A model generated the notes under the pieces. It was not told where the DNA came from. It ran no database searches and worked only from the letters and a program-made list of their open reading frames with translations. From NCBI GenBank assembly GCA_963575745.1, contig CAUYUJ010000270.1, forward strand, positions 248,001 through 312,000: a stretch of 64,000 nucleotides of DNA, written 5' to 3'. This stretch comes from Prorocentrum cordatum. Its lineage: Eukaryota. The translations under genes were made by a program, and so were the position numbers. Below, one piece after another: positions 50,184 through 62,938 of the stretch; the first letter of the stretch is position 1; each line of letters begins with the position of its first letter.

Positions 50184-50512
50184 CCTAGCCACGTGCAGTA
50201 AAACAATGTAAACACGCATCGCATCAAACATCCAACATCAAACATCAAACAATAAAGCACTTGCCACTTGCATCAAACATCAAACATCAAACATCAAACA
50301 ATCAAAAAATACAGCAAGAAACCAACAACGCAGTAAAACCATAAAGCAATGACATCGAACATCAAACATAAAATGTCAATCAAACATCAAACACGCATCG
50401 CATCAAACATCAAACGTCAAACAGTAAACAATAACATATCAAACATCAAACATCAAACTCCACTCACTGCCGTCTTTCATCGCCGCCATGCCGCAGCCGT
50501 TTCCGAATCCGA

Positions 50513-51355
50513 ATGCATATTCGCGGGGCTCCCCGCTTTCTCGCCCCAATACGGTACGTGAACTCTCGTGGCGAGTCCATTCCTTTGTTGCGGCCGCGTA
50601 TCACCGACCCCATCCTGCTGCAGCCGCGCAGCGCTGCCGCCAGGCCGCCTTGGCTGAGGCCGCGCGGCGGCGGCGACGGCGACGCTGAGGTAGGGCTTGC
50701 CGACCAGGCCGCGTCGGAGGAGCTCGACATCCAGCAGGTTGCGCTCGATTTTTGCAGGGGCATCAGGCAGGCCGACTCGGGGGAGCTCGCCGACCAGGCT
50801 GCCTCGGACGCTGCAGCCAACCAGGACACGCTCGCCGACCAGGACAAGGCCGCCTCCGACGCTGCAGCCAACCAGGACAGGCTCGCCGACCAGGCCGCTA
50901 CGGGGGAGCTCGCCGACAAGGCCGCCTCGGACAAGCCCCCCAACCAGGACGTGCTCGCCGACCAGGCCGCTACGGGGGAGCTCGCCGACAAGGCCGCCTC
51001 GGACGGTGCAGCCGTCACCGACCAGGCCGCTGCGGGGGAGCTCGCAGACCAGGCCGCCTCGGACGGCAGCCAGGACGTGCTCGCCGACCAGGCCGCTAAG
51101 GGGCTCGCCGACCAGGCCGCCTCGGACGGCGCAGCCAACCAGGACGCGCTCGCCGAGGCCGCGGAGGAGCTCGACGACAAGTCGGTCTGCGACGGCAGCA
51201 CGACCGAGTGCGACGAGAGCGAAGATCACCGCCCAAAGCGACGCCGCACTCTGGACGAGCGGATGAGCGATTTACGCAAGTTTGCCCGCAGGCTGCGCAG
51301 GCATAGAGATGTGCTGCTTTCGCGGCCGTCGGGCGGTGGCCCCAGCCCGCAGTAG
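50513..51355 (+). CDS. Transposon ORF G: acidic repeat protein (LADQAA units) with a basic C-terminus
   Basis: 280-aa ORF with in-frame repeats; GCCGCAGCCGTTT (like the SL 5' half) upstream. Confidence 0.55.
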   Translation: MHIRGAPRFLAPIRYVNSRGESIPLLRPRITDPILLQPRSAAARPPWLRPRGGGDGDAEVGLADQAASEELDIQQVALDFCRGIRQADSGELADQAASDAAANQDTLADQDKAASDAAANQDRLADQAATGELADKAASDKPPNQDVLADQAATGELADKAASDGAAVTDQAAAGELADQAASDGSQDVLADQAAKGLADQAASDGAANQDALAEAAEELDDKSVCDGSTTECDESEDHRPKRRRTLDERMSDLRKFARRLRRHRDVLLSRPSGGGPSPQ

Positions 51356-52140
51356 GCGGTGGCTCCGACAGGAAACACGGCCTGCACGAAAAAAAACATC
51401 ATCACTTTCACCAGCATCAGCATCATTACGCATCACCAACACGAACAACTAGAATGTACATCACCAACTACCAATCGCCACCAATCAACATCACTAACAT
51501 CACTAATCCACCGATTTAACATCAATATCACCACAAACCAACATCACCATCATTAACATCAACATCATCAACATCATCATCATCAACATCAACATCATTA
51601 ACATCATCAACATCTTCATCATCACCACTACCATCACAATCAACGCGATAACAACGTTCTTGTATATATTCCAGCGGCGCTGCCGCGCGATTCCGCCGCC
51701 CCGCTCGGGAGGCAGAGAGGCGGCACGGGCAGCGACCTGGCGAAACCTCGGCGGACCCACCCGAGGCGGCAGCGAGGCGACACGTGCAACAGCGTGGCGA
51801 ATCCTCCGCAGACCCACCCAGCGCACGAGGCGGCAACGAGGCGGCGCGGACGGCAACGCGTCGAAACCTCGGCGGACCCGCCCAGCGCACGCGGCGGCAA
51901 TGCTAGGTTCACAATAACCGCGTGCAACGTGATATAGGCAACATACAGCCCGCGTAACTTTATAATGCGACCCGAACGGCCCCCAACACTTCCTGCACGA
52001 ACTAGAAGTCATGAGTTTTGCGAAGGCGGTCATATGAGCAATGTTACGGCCAACATGAGTTTTCATAGGTAACCTGTAAGTACGTATGACAGATATGCTG
52101 TGCATTTTGTAAAGACCCGAGATCGCCCATACGTTGTTTT

Positions 52141-52420
52141 CATAAGTGTTCCGTAAGTGCCAACATAAATTTCATAAGTGTTTATAAGTGTTTCATAAGT
52201 TTTTGATAAGTTTTATAAGTGTTTATAAGTTTTCGATGAAACCTTATGTTGGCCTTAACATACCACTTGTGATCGCCTTGTGGAACTTATAACTTCTAGT
52301 TTGCGTTATATGTTTTTTAGACCTTATGGGCCGCCTTATAAAGTTATTTGTGTTATAAACTGGTTATAACAAGTTGTACATTGGTTATAAATTGGTTGTG
52401 TAACGCCGCCTAACCACTTA
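52141..52420. repeat. Right subterminal repeats
   Basis: CATAAGTGTT / TTATAAG units. Confidence 0.85.
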
Positions 52421-52451
52421 TAAGGCACCACAACCGAAAAAGACATGGTAG
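52416..52451 (-). repeat. Right TIR
   Basis: Reverse complement is CTACCATGTCTTTTTCGGTTGTGGTGCCTTATAAGT; followed by CA (52452-52453). Confidence 0.9.
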
Positions 52452-52453
52452 CA

Positions 52454-53520
52454 GGGTCCGGCGCGTCGCAGCACTCCTTGGATAGGACTCGATGGCGTTC
52501 GGCGCGATCAACGGCGATCAGTGGTCGGGCGCCAGAGCAGCGGCGGAGTGGCTCGGCTCGTCGCTCCCCGACGCTCATTTCCTCCAGGAGACGCGCGTCT
52601 TCGACGACGAGGCGGCGGGACGGGCCAGGCAATGGGGCGCTGGCGTCGGCCGCCAACTTGCGCACGGCCCTGCGCGACGCACAGGGCACAGCCGCCTGGC
52701 GGTCTCAGGCGGCGTCGGGGTGCTAGTTGCAAACGACATAGGCTTAGCCACGCGGCGTACGTGGACGCCACCCGGGCCCATATAATCCCCCTTAAGTAGG
52801 CGCGCGCACCTCGGCGGAAGGGCCTCGATCATCATCTTGCCCCTCTGCGTGGTCACCTCCGTCGGCCTTGACGGGGAAAATATTGACCTCCTGCAGTGCG
52901 TGGCGTCGCTCCTTGGGCAGTTCTGCAAGCCGTTCCTAATCGGCGCTGGCTGGAACATCAGCCCCGAGGTCCTGCTGGCACGCAGTGGGTCAACCAGCTG
53001 GGCTGAGTCGTCCTGGCCTCCGACAGCCCCACGCGCGGCGACTCGGAGTGCGACGTCGCGTCGGCCACCCTGGGGCACAGGGCCACGGAGCCGCAGGCAC
53101 ACTTGGCGAAGCCCACTGGCACCCAGACCCCTGCCACGGCGGCCGAGCAGGAGTTGGGAGTCCAGCCGCTGGAGGACCTGCAGGCCGCATGCGCCGCCTG
53201 GCTCGACGCGGCGGAGCAGCGCCTGCCGGCGAAGCTGGAGCTTGAGTCGGCCAGCGCGCGGCACTACGCGGGCCGCGGCCGTGGCACTCGCTTGGTACAG
53301 CGCCCGCTCGTGGAGCTGCGCGGCGTCCGGCACGGGCGCGCGGTGGGGGTTGCTCCGCTGCTGGCGCGGGCTGAGACGCCGGGGCCATGCGGCCCGCGGG
53401 TCCAAGGGCCGCCGTCCGAATCTGCGAGACCAGCTCGCCGGGCAAGCGGCCGCGCGTCGGCCGCCGCCGGCTGCGTCCGAGGCCCCCGCCCTCGCCCGCG
53501 GCTCACTGTTCAATCCTCCC
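52454..53520 (+). mobile_element. APE-type endonuclease region of the interrupted non-LTR element (degenerate, 3'-truncated)
   Basis: GAINGDQW, HFLQETR, SGGVGVLV, FLIGAGWNISPE (GDxN motif), then RHYAGR, which resembles RRYVGR preceding the RT in the 29.7-kb element. Confidence 0.75.
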
Positions 53521-53619
53521 GAGTCGGACCCCGAAGCCAGTTTTTAGGGCGGGCCGGGCGTTACGCCTAAGACTTCCTCACCATTTACGACACTGAAGCT
53601 TAAAAGTGGCAGCAAATTC

Positions 53620-54110
53620 AAAGACGGAGGGCGGGTCGCTTTCAAAATGTGGCTCTCGCCTTAGCGCCGCTCGCACATTCGTTATAACAATTTGCTAAGA
53701 GTTCCACAGATTGAGGGCGGGTGGTTTTCAACATGTGGTTCTCGCCTTAGCGCCGCGCACTTTCGTCTAGCAAAACAAATAATTTCACGGATTGAGGGCG
53801 GGTCGTTTTCAAAATGTGGCTCTCGCCTTAGCGCCGCGCACATTCGTTTTGAGAATTCGCAAAGAGTTTCACATATTGAGGGCGGGTGGTTTTCAAAATG
53901 TGGTTCTCGCCTCAGCGCCGCGCACTTTCGTCTTAAAAGATTAGAAGAATTTCGCGGATTGATGAGGGCGGTGTCGTTTTCAAAATGTGGCTCTCGCTTT
54001 AGCACCGCGCACATTCGTTTTGAGAATGTGCAAAGAGTTTCACAGATTGAGGGCGGTTCCTTTTCAAAATGCGGCTCTCGCCGTAGCGCCGCGCACATTT
54101 GTTTCCACAG
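53620..54110 (+). repeat. ~85-bp tandem repeat, 6 copies
   Basis: GAGGGCGG at 53627, 53713, 53794, 53878, 53964, 54049. Confidence 0.9.
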
Positions 54111-55199
54111 ATTCCCATGATCAGCGCACCAGAAATGGTATTTTGGAAGGATTCAGGATTTTGCGGGCGCAGCAATTATGTTGATTCGTTGTGTTGAAGT
54201 CCCAAAAATAGCGTTCTGGCACGATTCTGGATCGATGAATCCCGAGAACATTGTTTGGCACGCTTGAGGATCTTCAAACTGTTCTCTTCCAACGAGGCAG
54301 TTCCCTCACTGGAAATGACCGTTGTAGGGGCCTATGAAGAGGGAGCTTGGAGAGAGGGTTAATTCCAACACATCGTTGATGACTCTTGGGTGTCAACTGG
54401 TCCTCCTCCTCCTCTTCCCCTCCCTTCTCCTCCTTCTCCTCATCATCTTCCTCCTCCTACTCCTCCGTCTCCTACTGCTCGTCTCCGGAAGACCCCTTGA
54501 TGCCTACGGATGTCTTTATGAAGAGGTGTGGAGATCCACGGAGGCCTCCAGAGGCCCCAAGGGGCCTCCGAAGCCTCCAGAGGCCCCAAATGTTTCAGAA
54601 ACTTACTGCTCATACCCCCCTACCCTCCTCGTCCTCCTCCCCCATCACATGATCCTCCTTCTGCGCGCTTGCGAAAATGAACGTAGCGAGGATGGAAATC
54701 CTGCTTTTTACCATTGGTAGCTTGGTTGACAAACCTGAAGCCTGAGAGCGGCCCCAAGACGCCCGAATCGAGGAAAACCCAGTCTTGATGGTATTCGAAA
54801 CGTCAGTGAGAAGTGTGGGTTCCCCTTTTTCCCGCCTCCTCCCCACCTCCTCCGCTGAATCGAAGATGCGATGGTGGGCCAGGCCAGCGCGATTGCCAGC
54901 GACCGGTCACCACTGCCGCACGCCCCTTCTGTCACAGCCATGCACTGGAAAATTGGAGCAAGCGAGCCCTGTGACAGGCTGGTGCTCCAGTAGCCTCCCC
55001 TTCGGCTACGACTGGTTACTGTAGCCGCTTGCGTTCACAGCCCACTGCATGTGCTGACCCAGGCAAGCAAGTGAACGTTTTTGTCCCCTTCCCAGGTAAC
55101 GGTCGTTACCCTGGGGGGTGGCCGGGCGGGAAGGTTAACGGTAACGGCGGCCGCGGCGTGCACCCGCCAGGGTGCGTCCGCGCCACCGGTGCATCAATC

Positions 55200-55530
55200 G
55201 CCTGTGTGCGCCACAGTCCTTATGCACGCGACAAGTCCCAATGCCTGCGTGCAACACAGCGCCGCCTGTGTACATCACAATGCTTCCGTATACCACCACG
55301 GCCGCGTGCACCGAAGCACCACGTCGCCTATGTGCACCGCAGTGGCTGTGTAAACTGCAGCAGCCGTGTGCGCATCAGCGCCTGCGTACACCACATTGCC
55401 TGCGTGCACCAGAGCGCTGATATACCCCACAGCGCGTGTGTACACCACAGCAACCATGTGCACCGCAACGCCTGTGCACGACACAATGCCTCCGTGCACC
55501 ACAACGCCTGTGCACACCAGAACGCCAAAC
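55200..55530. repeat. 18-bp tandem repeat (GCCTGCGTGCACCACAAC-like)
   Basis: Degenerate tandem units. Confidence 0.75.
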
Positions 55531-56964
55531 GTGCCAGCGATTACATCAATAGGTTGCAAGACTTCCTTGCCGGGCTCGCCACATATCACGGAGGCGGAGG
55601 CCCTCAGGACTCGTCATTAATCTCCTCCTCCTCCTCCTCCTCCTCTTCCATCCTCCTCCTCCTCCTCCTCCTGCGCCTCCTCCTCCCTCTCCTCTTTCCC
55701 TCCTCTTTCAACGGTTCTGGCGGCCTTCGTTGAGGGGGGAATACGGAGCGGGAGGAGGAGCAGCAGGAGGAGCAAGAGAAGCAGCAATAGAAGGAGCAGC
55801 AGGAGCCTCACGACGGTGTCGAAAGCTCCAGCGCCGTCGGCGTTGATTTCTGACACCGCGTGGATCGTTCAATCTTGAATGAGATCCGCTCCCGGAAGAC
55901 CCTGGAAACCCTCGACCTCATCTTCGATATCGATTTCGCGCCGTGGGCTCGTTTCCGCTGGACCAGGGGCCCGAAACCGGCCCTTGCGTTGCGTTCAACA
56001 TCGAACGCCCGCGCAGCCGAAAACCGCTCGATATCGGCCCCCCGACCCGCCGCCCTCCGAGTAGAGCACAGTGGCAACGAGTCCGCCTGACCTATGCGCA
56101 CCGCAATAGCCTGCAAGCGCCACAACCCGCATATGAGCATCGAATCATGCCTTTCAGCACCACGCCACGCCCGTGAGCTCGGCGCCGCAACAGGTGGAGA
56201 GCCTGCGAGCGCCACAACACGCTTGTGAGCACCAAATCATGCCTTTACAGCGTACCTGCGGGAGGTCCACCCCCTAGCATGTAGAGCGGGGTCCAGGCCA
56301 CCCCGCCCAGTACGATCGTTAGCGTTACTTATGGGGGGGGGACCCGGGTAACGAGCGTTACGCTGGGGAGGGTAAACAAAAACGCTCGCCAAAGAACAGA
56401 CTACAATGCCCCCGAAGACAGAGGCACCCTGGATACGATAGGAAAACCTGCGCAAACGATATTGGATTAAGCGGCCGGAGGATAAGTCTGAAGCAGGACT
56501 GGATGCAGCTCCACTGCACGTTCATCAAGCCGTGCCCATACTAGCTCTGGCAGCGCGCAGAAAGGGGATGAGGCGGCGAAATGGGCGCCTTCTGACAAGT
56601 CGGGGGGGCTTCTTGGAAGCACTCTTGCCTTCGAGGAGGCATCCTGAGGAGCCTCAGGCCCTCTCTAAGAAGCACCCTGCCCTCTCAGGATAGAAGCCCC
56701 GCTCGCCCCTCGCCCTGCCCCCCACCCTGATCCGGTCAGAGCAGATCCCCAGACGCTTCACAGGGTCAGGAGTATCCATTTGTTCGAGCTGCGCCTAGCC
56801 GTGGCCACGAAGAACCTGGAAGGCACAAAAAAAACAAACAGCGTCAGAATCCTGGAGTCCGAGGCCGCCATTTATGATCACAGGCTCCGGGCCATCAGGC
56901 CCCCCCCCCCAGATGGGAGGGGTCCCACGGCTCCACGTGCCCCCCCCCACCTGTGTAATGGGAG

Positions 56965-57017
56965 GGCGACGACGACGACGAAGACGGCGGCGACGACGAC
57001 GACGACGAGGACGGTGG

Positions 57018-57069
<52 letters not shown>

Positions 57070-57280
57070 AACGACGACGGCGGCGACGACGACAAGGACA
57101 GCGACGACGACGACGACGGCGACGGCGGCGGCGGCGATGACGACCACGACAACGAAGACAGCTACGACGGCGACGGCGACGACGACGGCGGCGGCGGCGA
57201 CGACGACGACGACGGCGGCGACGACGACGGCGACGACGACGGCGACGGCGACGACGACGGCGGCGACGACGACGAGGACA

Positions 57281-57329
<49 letters not shown>

Positions 57330-57559
57330 CGACGACGACGACGACTAAGGCAGCGACGACGACGACGGCGATGACGACGACAAGGACAGCGACGACGACG
57401 ACGACCACGGCGACGGCGACGACGGCGACGACGACGACGGCGACGGCGACGAGGACAGCGACGACGACGACGACGACGGCGGAGGCCACGACGACGACGA
57501 CGACGAAGACAGCGACGACGACGACGACGACGACGGCGAGGGCGACGGCGGCGGCGGCA

Positions 57560-57591
<32 letters not shown>

Positions 57592-57618
57592 AGCGACGAC
57601 GACGACGACGGCGACGGC

Positions 57619-57650
<32 letters not shown>

Positions 57651-57756
57651 AGACGGNNNNNNNNNNNNNNNNNNNNNNNNNNNNNNNNNNNNNNNNNNNN
57701 NNNNNNNNNNNNNNNNNNNNNNNNNNNNNNNNNNNNNNNNNNNNNNNNNNNNNNNN

Positions 57757-57801
<45 letters not shown>

Positions 57802-57822
57802 AACGACGACGACGACGACCAT

Positions 57823-57853
<31 letters not shown>

Positions 57854-57952
57854 GCGGCAGAGGGGACGGCGGCGACGACAACGACGACGGCGACGACGAC
57901 GGCGGATCCGACGGATGACGACGGCGGCGGCGACGACGACGAGGACGACGGC

Positions 57953-58009
<57 letters not shown>

Positions 58010-58406
58010 CGGCGACGACGACGACGCGACGCGTGATGACGACGACGGACGACGGCGACGACGAAAGACAGCGAGACGACGACGACGAAGGCGGCGGACG
58101 ACGACGCGGCGGCGACGACGACGACGGGAGACAGGCGACGACGACGGACGACGACGACGGCGGCGGCGGCGCGACGACTACGACGACGACGACGACGACG
58201 ACGCGGCGGCGGCGACGACGACGACGAAGACAGCGGCGACGACGACGACCACGACGACGACGACGACGACGGCGACGACGACTGCGGCGGCGGCGGCGAC
58301 AACTACGACGACGACGGCGGCGGCGGCGACGACGACGACGACGACGGCGGCGGCGACGACGACGACGACGGCGACGACGGGAACGACGACGGCGGCGACG
58401 ACGACA

Positions 58407-58445
<39 letters not shown>

Positions 58446-58644
58446 ACGGCGGCGACGACGAAGACAGCGACGAACAACGACGACGACGGCGGCGGCGACG
58501 ACGATGACGACCACGGCGGCGACGATGACGACGACGACGGCGGCTCCGACGGACGACGACGACGAAGACGGCGAAGACGACGACGACAATGACGACGGCG
58601 ACGACGACGGCGACGACGACGACGACGGCGACGACGAAGACAGC

Positions 58645-58714
<70 letters not shown>

Positions 58715-58842
58715 GCGACGACGACCACGACGACCACGGCGACGACGACGGCGACGATGACGACGGCGGCGGCGGCGACGACGACAACGACGGCGGCGAC
58801 GACGAGGACAGCCACGACGACGACGACGGCGACGACGACGGC

Positions 58843-58882
<40 letters not shown>

Positions 58883-59014
58883 ACGACGAGGACAGCGACG
58901 ACGACGCCGACGACGGCGACGACGACTGCGGCGACGACAACGACGGCGACGGCGGCGACGACAACGGCTCCGACGACGACGACCACGGCGACAACGACGA
59001 CGACGACGGCGACG

Positions 59015-59050
<36 letters not shown>

Positions 59051-59101
59051 GCGACGGCGACGACGACGACGGCGACGACGACGGCGACGAGAATGTTGAC
59101 G

Positions 59102-59134
<33 letters not shown>

Positions 59135-59153
59135 ACGACGACGACGACGGCGG

Positions 59154-59184
<31 letters not shown>

Positions 59185-59215
59185 AGCGGCGGCGGCGGCA
59201 GCGGCGGCGGCGGCT
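56965..59215. repeat. (GAC/GGC)n trinucleotide microsatellite
   Basis: Direct inspection; spans the assembly gap. Confidence 0.95.
57657..57756. other. Assembly gap (100 N)
   Basis: Run of n. Confidence 1.
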
Positions 59216-59925
59216 CCGGAGCCCTCCTCCTCCGACGACGGCGGCGACGACGACCTCCGGAGCTCGCCTGGAGCACCACAGTACCACGCCACACACGCCA
59301 CACCCACAGCACCACACCACACCCACAGGGGAAGGGGGAGACCATCGCGCGGGGGGGGGGGAAGGCCCGATGGCATCAGCACGAGGGGGGGGGGGCCCAG
59401 ACCCTGGACCATCTATACACCACCACCGTTCCGTGCCAGGCCGATCCTGGGCACAGGATCGGTGTGTGCGCGCCCAAGCCAGGAGGGCGTATACACCGAT
59501 CGCAAGCCCAGGACGATCCTGGCGAGGCAGGGAGGCTCGGCCTCCAATGGAGGCCGAACCTCGCGGAGGCCGCGCCTCACCCCCGCTGGGCGCGCATCTG
59601 ATGGCCGCAGCCGAAGGCGGAGGGCGGAGCACCGACCAGCGGGCCCAGATCCCCCCCGCCCAGCTCGCCGCCGCAGCAGCTGCAGCGGGGCCCACCCAGA
59701 ACGCCGCCCGCCAGCCCGCGATGCCGGCGGCCGCGGAGCCGCCTGAGCGCCACGGCGGGCGATCGGCGCGGCGCCCGAGAAGCCCGCCTGGGAGGTGGAC
59801 GCCAACTATACACCGACACCCATCCGGGCGTGTGCACCGACCCTGGGCCCAAGATCGGTGTTGGTGTATCGTCGGTGCCCTCCGACCCGTGGCTCGCCCT
59901 TCGCCCTTCGCTGCCGCTGGGGGCC

Positions 59926-60710
59926 TCACGCCGCCGTCTGCGAGGCCGCGGCCACCATCGCCTTCGCGCGCCAAGCGTGCCTCCCCCGCGGGCGCTTGGC
60001 CGGCGGCTCGCCCCCGCCCGCCTTCCGCGACTCGCAGGTAAACGCCTCCTCGGCGGGCCGCTTGGCGGAGCCGGGGCCCTCCTGCGAGGGGCAACGTGAG
60101 GGGGGACCGGCTCCAGGGGGGAAACCTCGACCTGGAGTCTGCGATCCGTCGCCGATAGATCGGCGACAGGCAACCGCCAGCAAGTCCGCACGCTCCTCTC
60201 AGCGATCAAGTCGGCGATTGGGAGTCGATGCGTTCCCTCCTGAGCCTGTCCCCCCCAAGCATTGCCCCTGACTCCTGCGGGTTGGGGAAGACCGGGCCAT
60301 GCGGCTGGCCAGCGCCCACCTCGCTGGAGCAGCCAGGGCCGCAGGTTGCGGTCAGCTTCGGCACCCTCCTCTCCTCAATCTCCTCGAAGGTCCTCTGTTC
60401 TCCTCGAGGTTCCTTGGGCCTTCGGGCCCTTTGGGGGGACGATCTGGAGGCCACCGGGGATCCCCGGAGACTTGCGGGCGTCTCCCCTCCTCTTCCTTCC
60501 TCCTCCTCCTCCTCCTCCTCCTCCTCCTCCTCCTCCTTTTCGTCGTACTGTCCTTTTCCTGCTCATCCTTCTCGTCCTCCTTTCGCGTTGCACAGACTAT
60601 CCTCAGGTGGTCTCTCGTCCTCCTCCTCCTCCCCGTCCTCGTCGGCAGCTCGCGTGCCCCCGTCCTCCCAGGAGGACGCCCAGTTTGCACCTCTGCCGTG
60701 CCTGGCCTGG
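59926..60710 (-). CDS. Possible further small 3' exons of the CER1/3-like gene
   Basis: Candidate phase-0 exons near 60640-60708, 60315-60383 and 59926-60081 (EGPGSAKRP...QTAA*); no homology support. Confidence 0.25.
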
Positions 60711-61915
60711 CCGATCCTGGGCCCCAAAGTCGGTGACCGAACGCCCTCCCCGCCAGGGCAGGGAAGCATGCGTACCCGATCCCGGGTAGGCTGGGTGGCT
60801 GGTGGTCGTTGATCCTCCTCCTTCCTCCTCCTCCTTCTCCTCATCTGGGAGGGCGCCAACTACACTCTATACACCTACACCGATCCTGGCCAGGTACATC
60901 ATGGGCACAGGATTGGTGTATTCACCCTCCTGGCTTGGCCAGGAGGGCACATACACCGATCCTGGACACATGATCGGCCTGGACAGGATCGGTGCAGGTG
61001 TGCGCCCTTCCGTACCCACCTCAACCACTCTCTCTCCTCCTGGTCCTCCTCCTCCCCCTCCTCCGCCGCCTGCCCCCTCCCCTCCTCCTCCATCCCGCAT
61101 CCTTGCAGAGAAACTCATCCCTGTCGCACTCCCAAATGTGTCGGTAGAGCGGGCCAGGCGTTTCGCCTGAGCCCTTCTTACACATTATCGTCCTGAAGCT
61201 TGACATTTGTCACAATATGGCTTTCGCCTTAGGGCCGCGCGCATTTGTCTCAAAGTTTGCAACAACGTCCAAGATGGATGCCGGCTCTGGCTCTCGCCTT
61301 TGCGCCGCGCGCACTAATTTTGAACAATTCTAGATGTTTCAGAAAATCGTACGGTTGAAGTCCCAGGAATGCTGTTCTGGCACGGTGTGAAATTTACCAG
61401 ACGCAGCAGTCACGTGAATTCGCGGTGTTGAAGTCCCAGGAATACTGTTCTGGCACGAAGTAGGATTGTCAGGACGGAACAGTCACGTTGCTTCGCGGCG
61501 CTGGAGTCCCAGGAATTGCCTTTCTGGTACGATCGAAGATTCTCAAAAGGTTGTCTTCCAATGAGGAACTTCCCGCAATGAACATTAAAACTCGTCAGGG
61601 GCCTACGAAAAGGAAACCTGGAGGGAGGGTTGATTGCAACATCGTTCATGCACCATGGGTTTGCACTGGTCCTCCTCCTTCTCCTCCTCACCAACTCCTC
61701 CTCCCCCTTCCCCCTCCCCAAGTGGGGAGCCAGCCGCAATGAGGGGAGAGGAAGAAAGGGGAGAAGTTCGGGATCAGAAGGGAAAGGGGAGAAGGGGCGG
61801 GGAGGAGGAAAGCGATTCTTAGGGTGCGGTTGGGGCTTTACGGGTGCGCGCTGAACATGGGGACGGAGGAGGAGGGAGGGAGGAGAGAGGAGGGACGATG
61901 AGAGGGGAAATGAGG

Positions 61916-61982
<67 letters not shown>

Positions 61983-62069
61983 CCAACGAAGACGACGGCA
62001 GCTGCGACGACCACGACGACGGGGGAAATACCTCGCTGAGGCCCTGTGGTTTTTTTGCTACCACCAAGC

Positions 62070-62902
62070 CTGGGGCGGGGTCGGCTCGAAGCCGTGCTTC
62101 CTGGCGAGCTGCAGCCACCCGTCCATCCTCGCGACGTCAACCTCGCGCTCAGAAGGGGCACGAAATTGTGTTGCTGGATCCACGACCATCACCACCACCA
62201 CCCCGCGCACTGTTTTAGGCAGCCCCATCCCGTGCCACCTCGCCCGACAACACACTCCGACCCCCCTCCGCAGCGCGGATAAAAACCTCCTCCAAAACGT
62301 GATCCCCCCTTCCCGCACACCGCGGCACCTCCCCGACCTCGTGCTCCTCGAGGGCCTCAAGGCCGTGTATGATGGTCGCCGCCAGGCAGGCAGGCATCTG
62401 GTCGGAGCTGTGGTCGTGGCAGAAGGTGAGGTCGCAGACCTCGACGGTCGAGGACCGAGGACGGCGATCACGGGTCGAGGGTCGATTACTCTGGGAGCCT
62501 CTGGATCTTTCTGGGCGCCTCTGAAGCATCCAAAAGGTCCCCAGGGGCCTCCGGGAACCCACACATCGGGCCCCAAAGGTCTGGACCCCTTCCCGGAATC
62601 TGTTTGTTCATCCCGAGTCCTTTCTCGACGGTCCCAGGCCTGGCGAGGGCCCCCAGAGGCCGAAAATGAACTACAGAAACATGCCGTCGTGACCTTTTCA
62701 CAGCGCGAGGACGTCAGAGAACCTCCAGGGAACTCCAAGGGTCAAGATCTGGGGCGGCACCGAATCCTTCCGGGCCGCAGGGCCTGCCGGTTCACGCGCA
62801 TGCTGGCGATGCTCACCACGCTGTGCGGCTGCAGGAACTCTGCGCTCGAGACCTGCCGCCCTTGCTCCTGATCTTCCTCCTCCTCCTCCTTTTCCTGCTC
62901 CT

Positions 62903-62938
<36 letters not shown>

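Larger units (their letters stand above)
38113..52451 (+). mobile_element. 14,339-bp CMC/CACTA-like DNA transposon carrying seven co-oriented ORFs
   Basis: 36-bp TIRs (34/36 identical), CA on both flanks, subterminal TTATAAG repeats, internal intact transposase. Confidence 0.9.

Noticed and set aside
56780..60094. Long Thr/Asp/Arg-rich ORFs on both strands
   Set aside because: Artefacts of the (GAC)n microsatellite, open in most frames and spanning an N gap.
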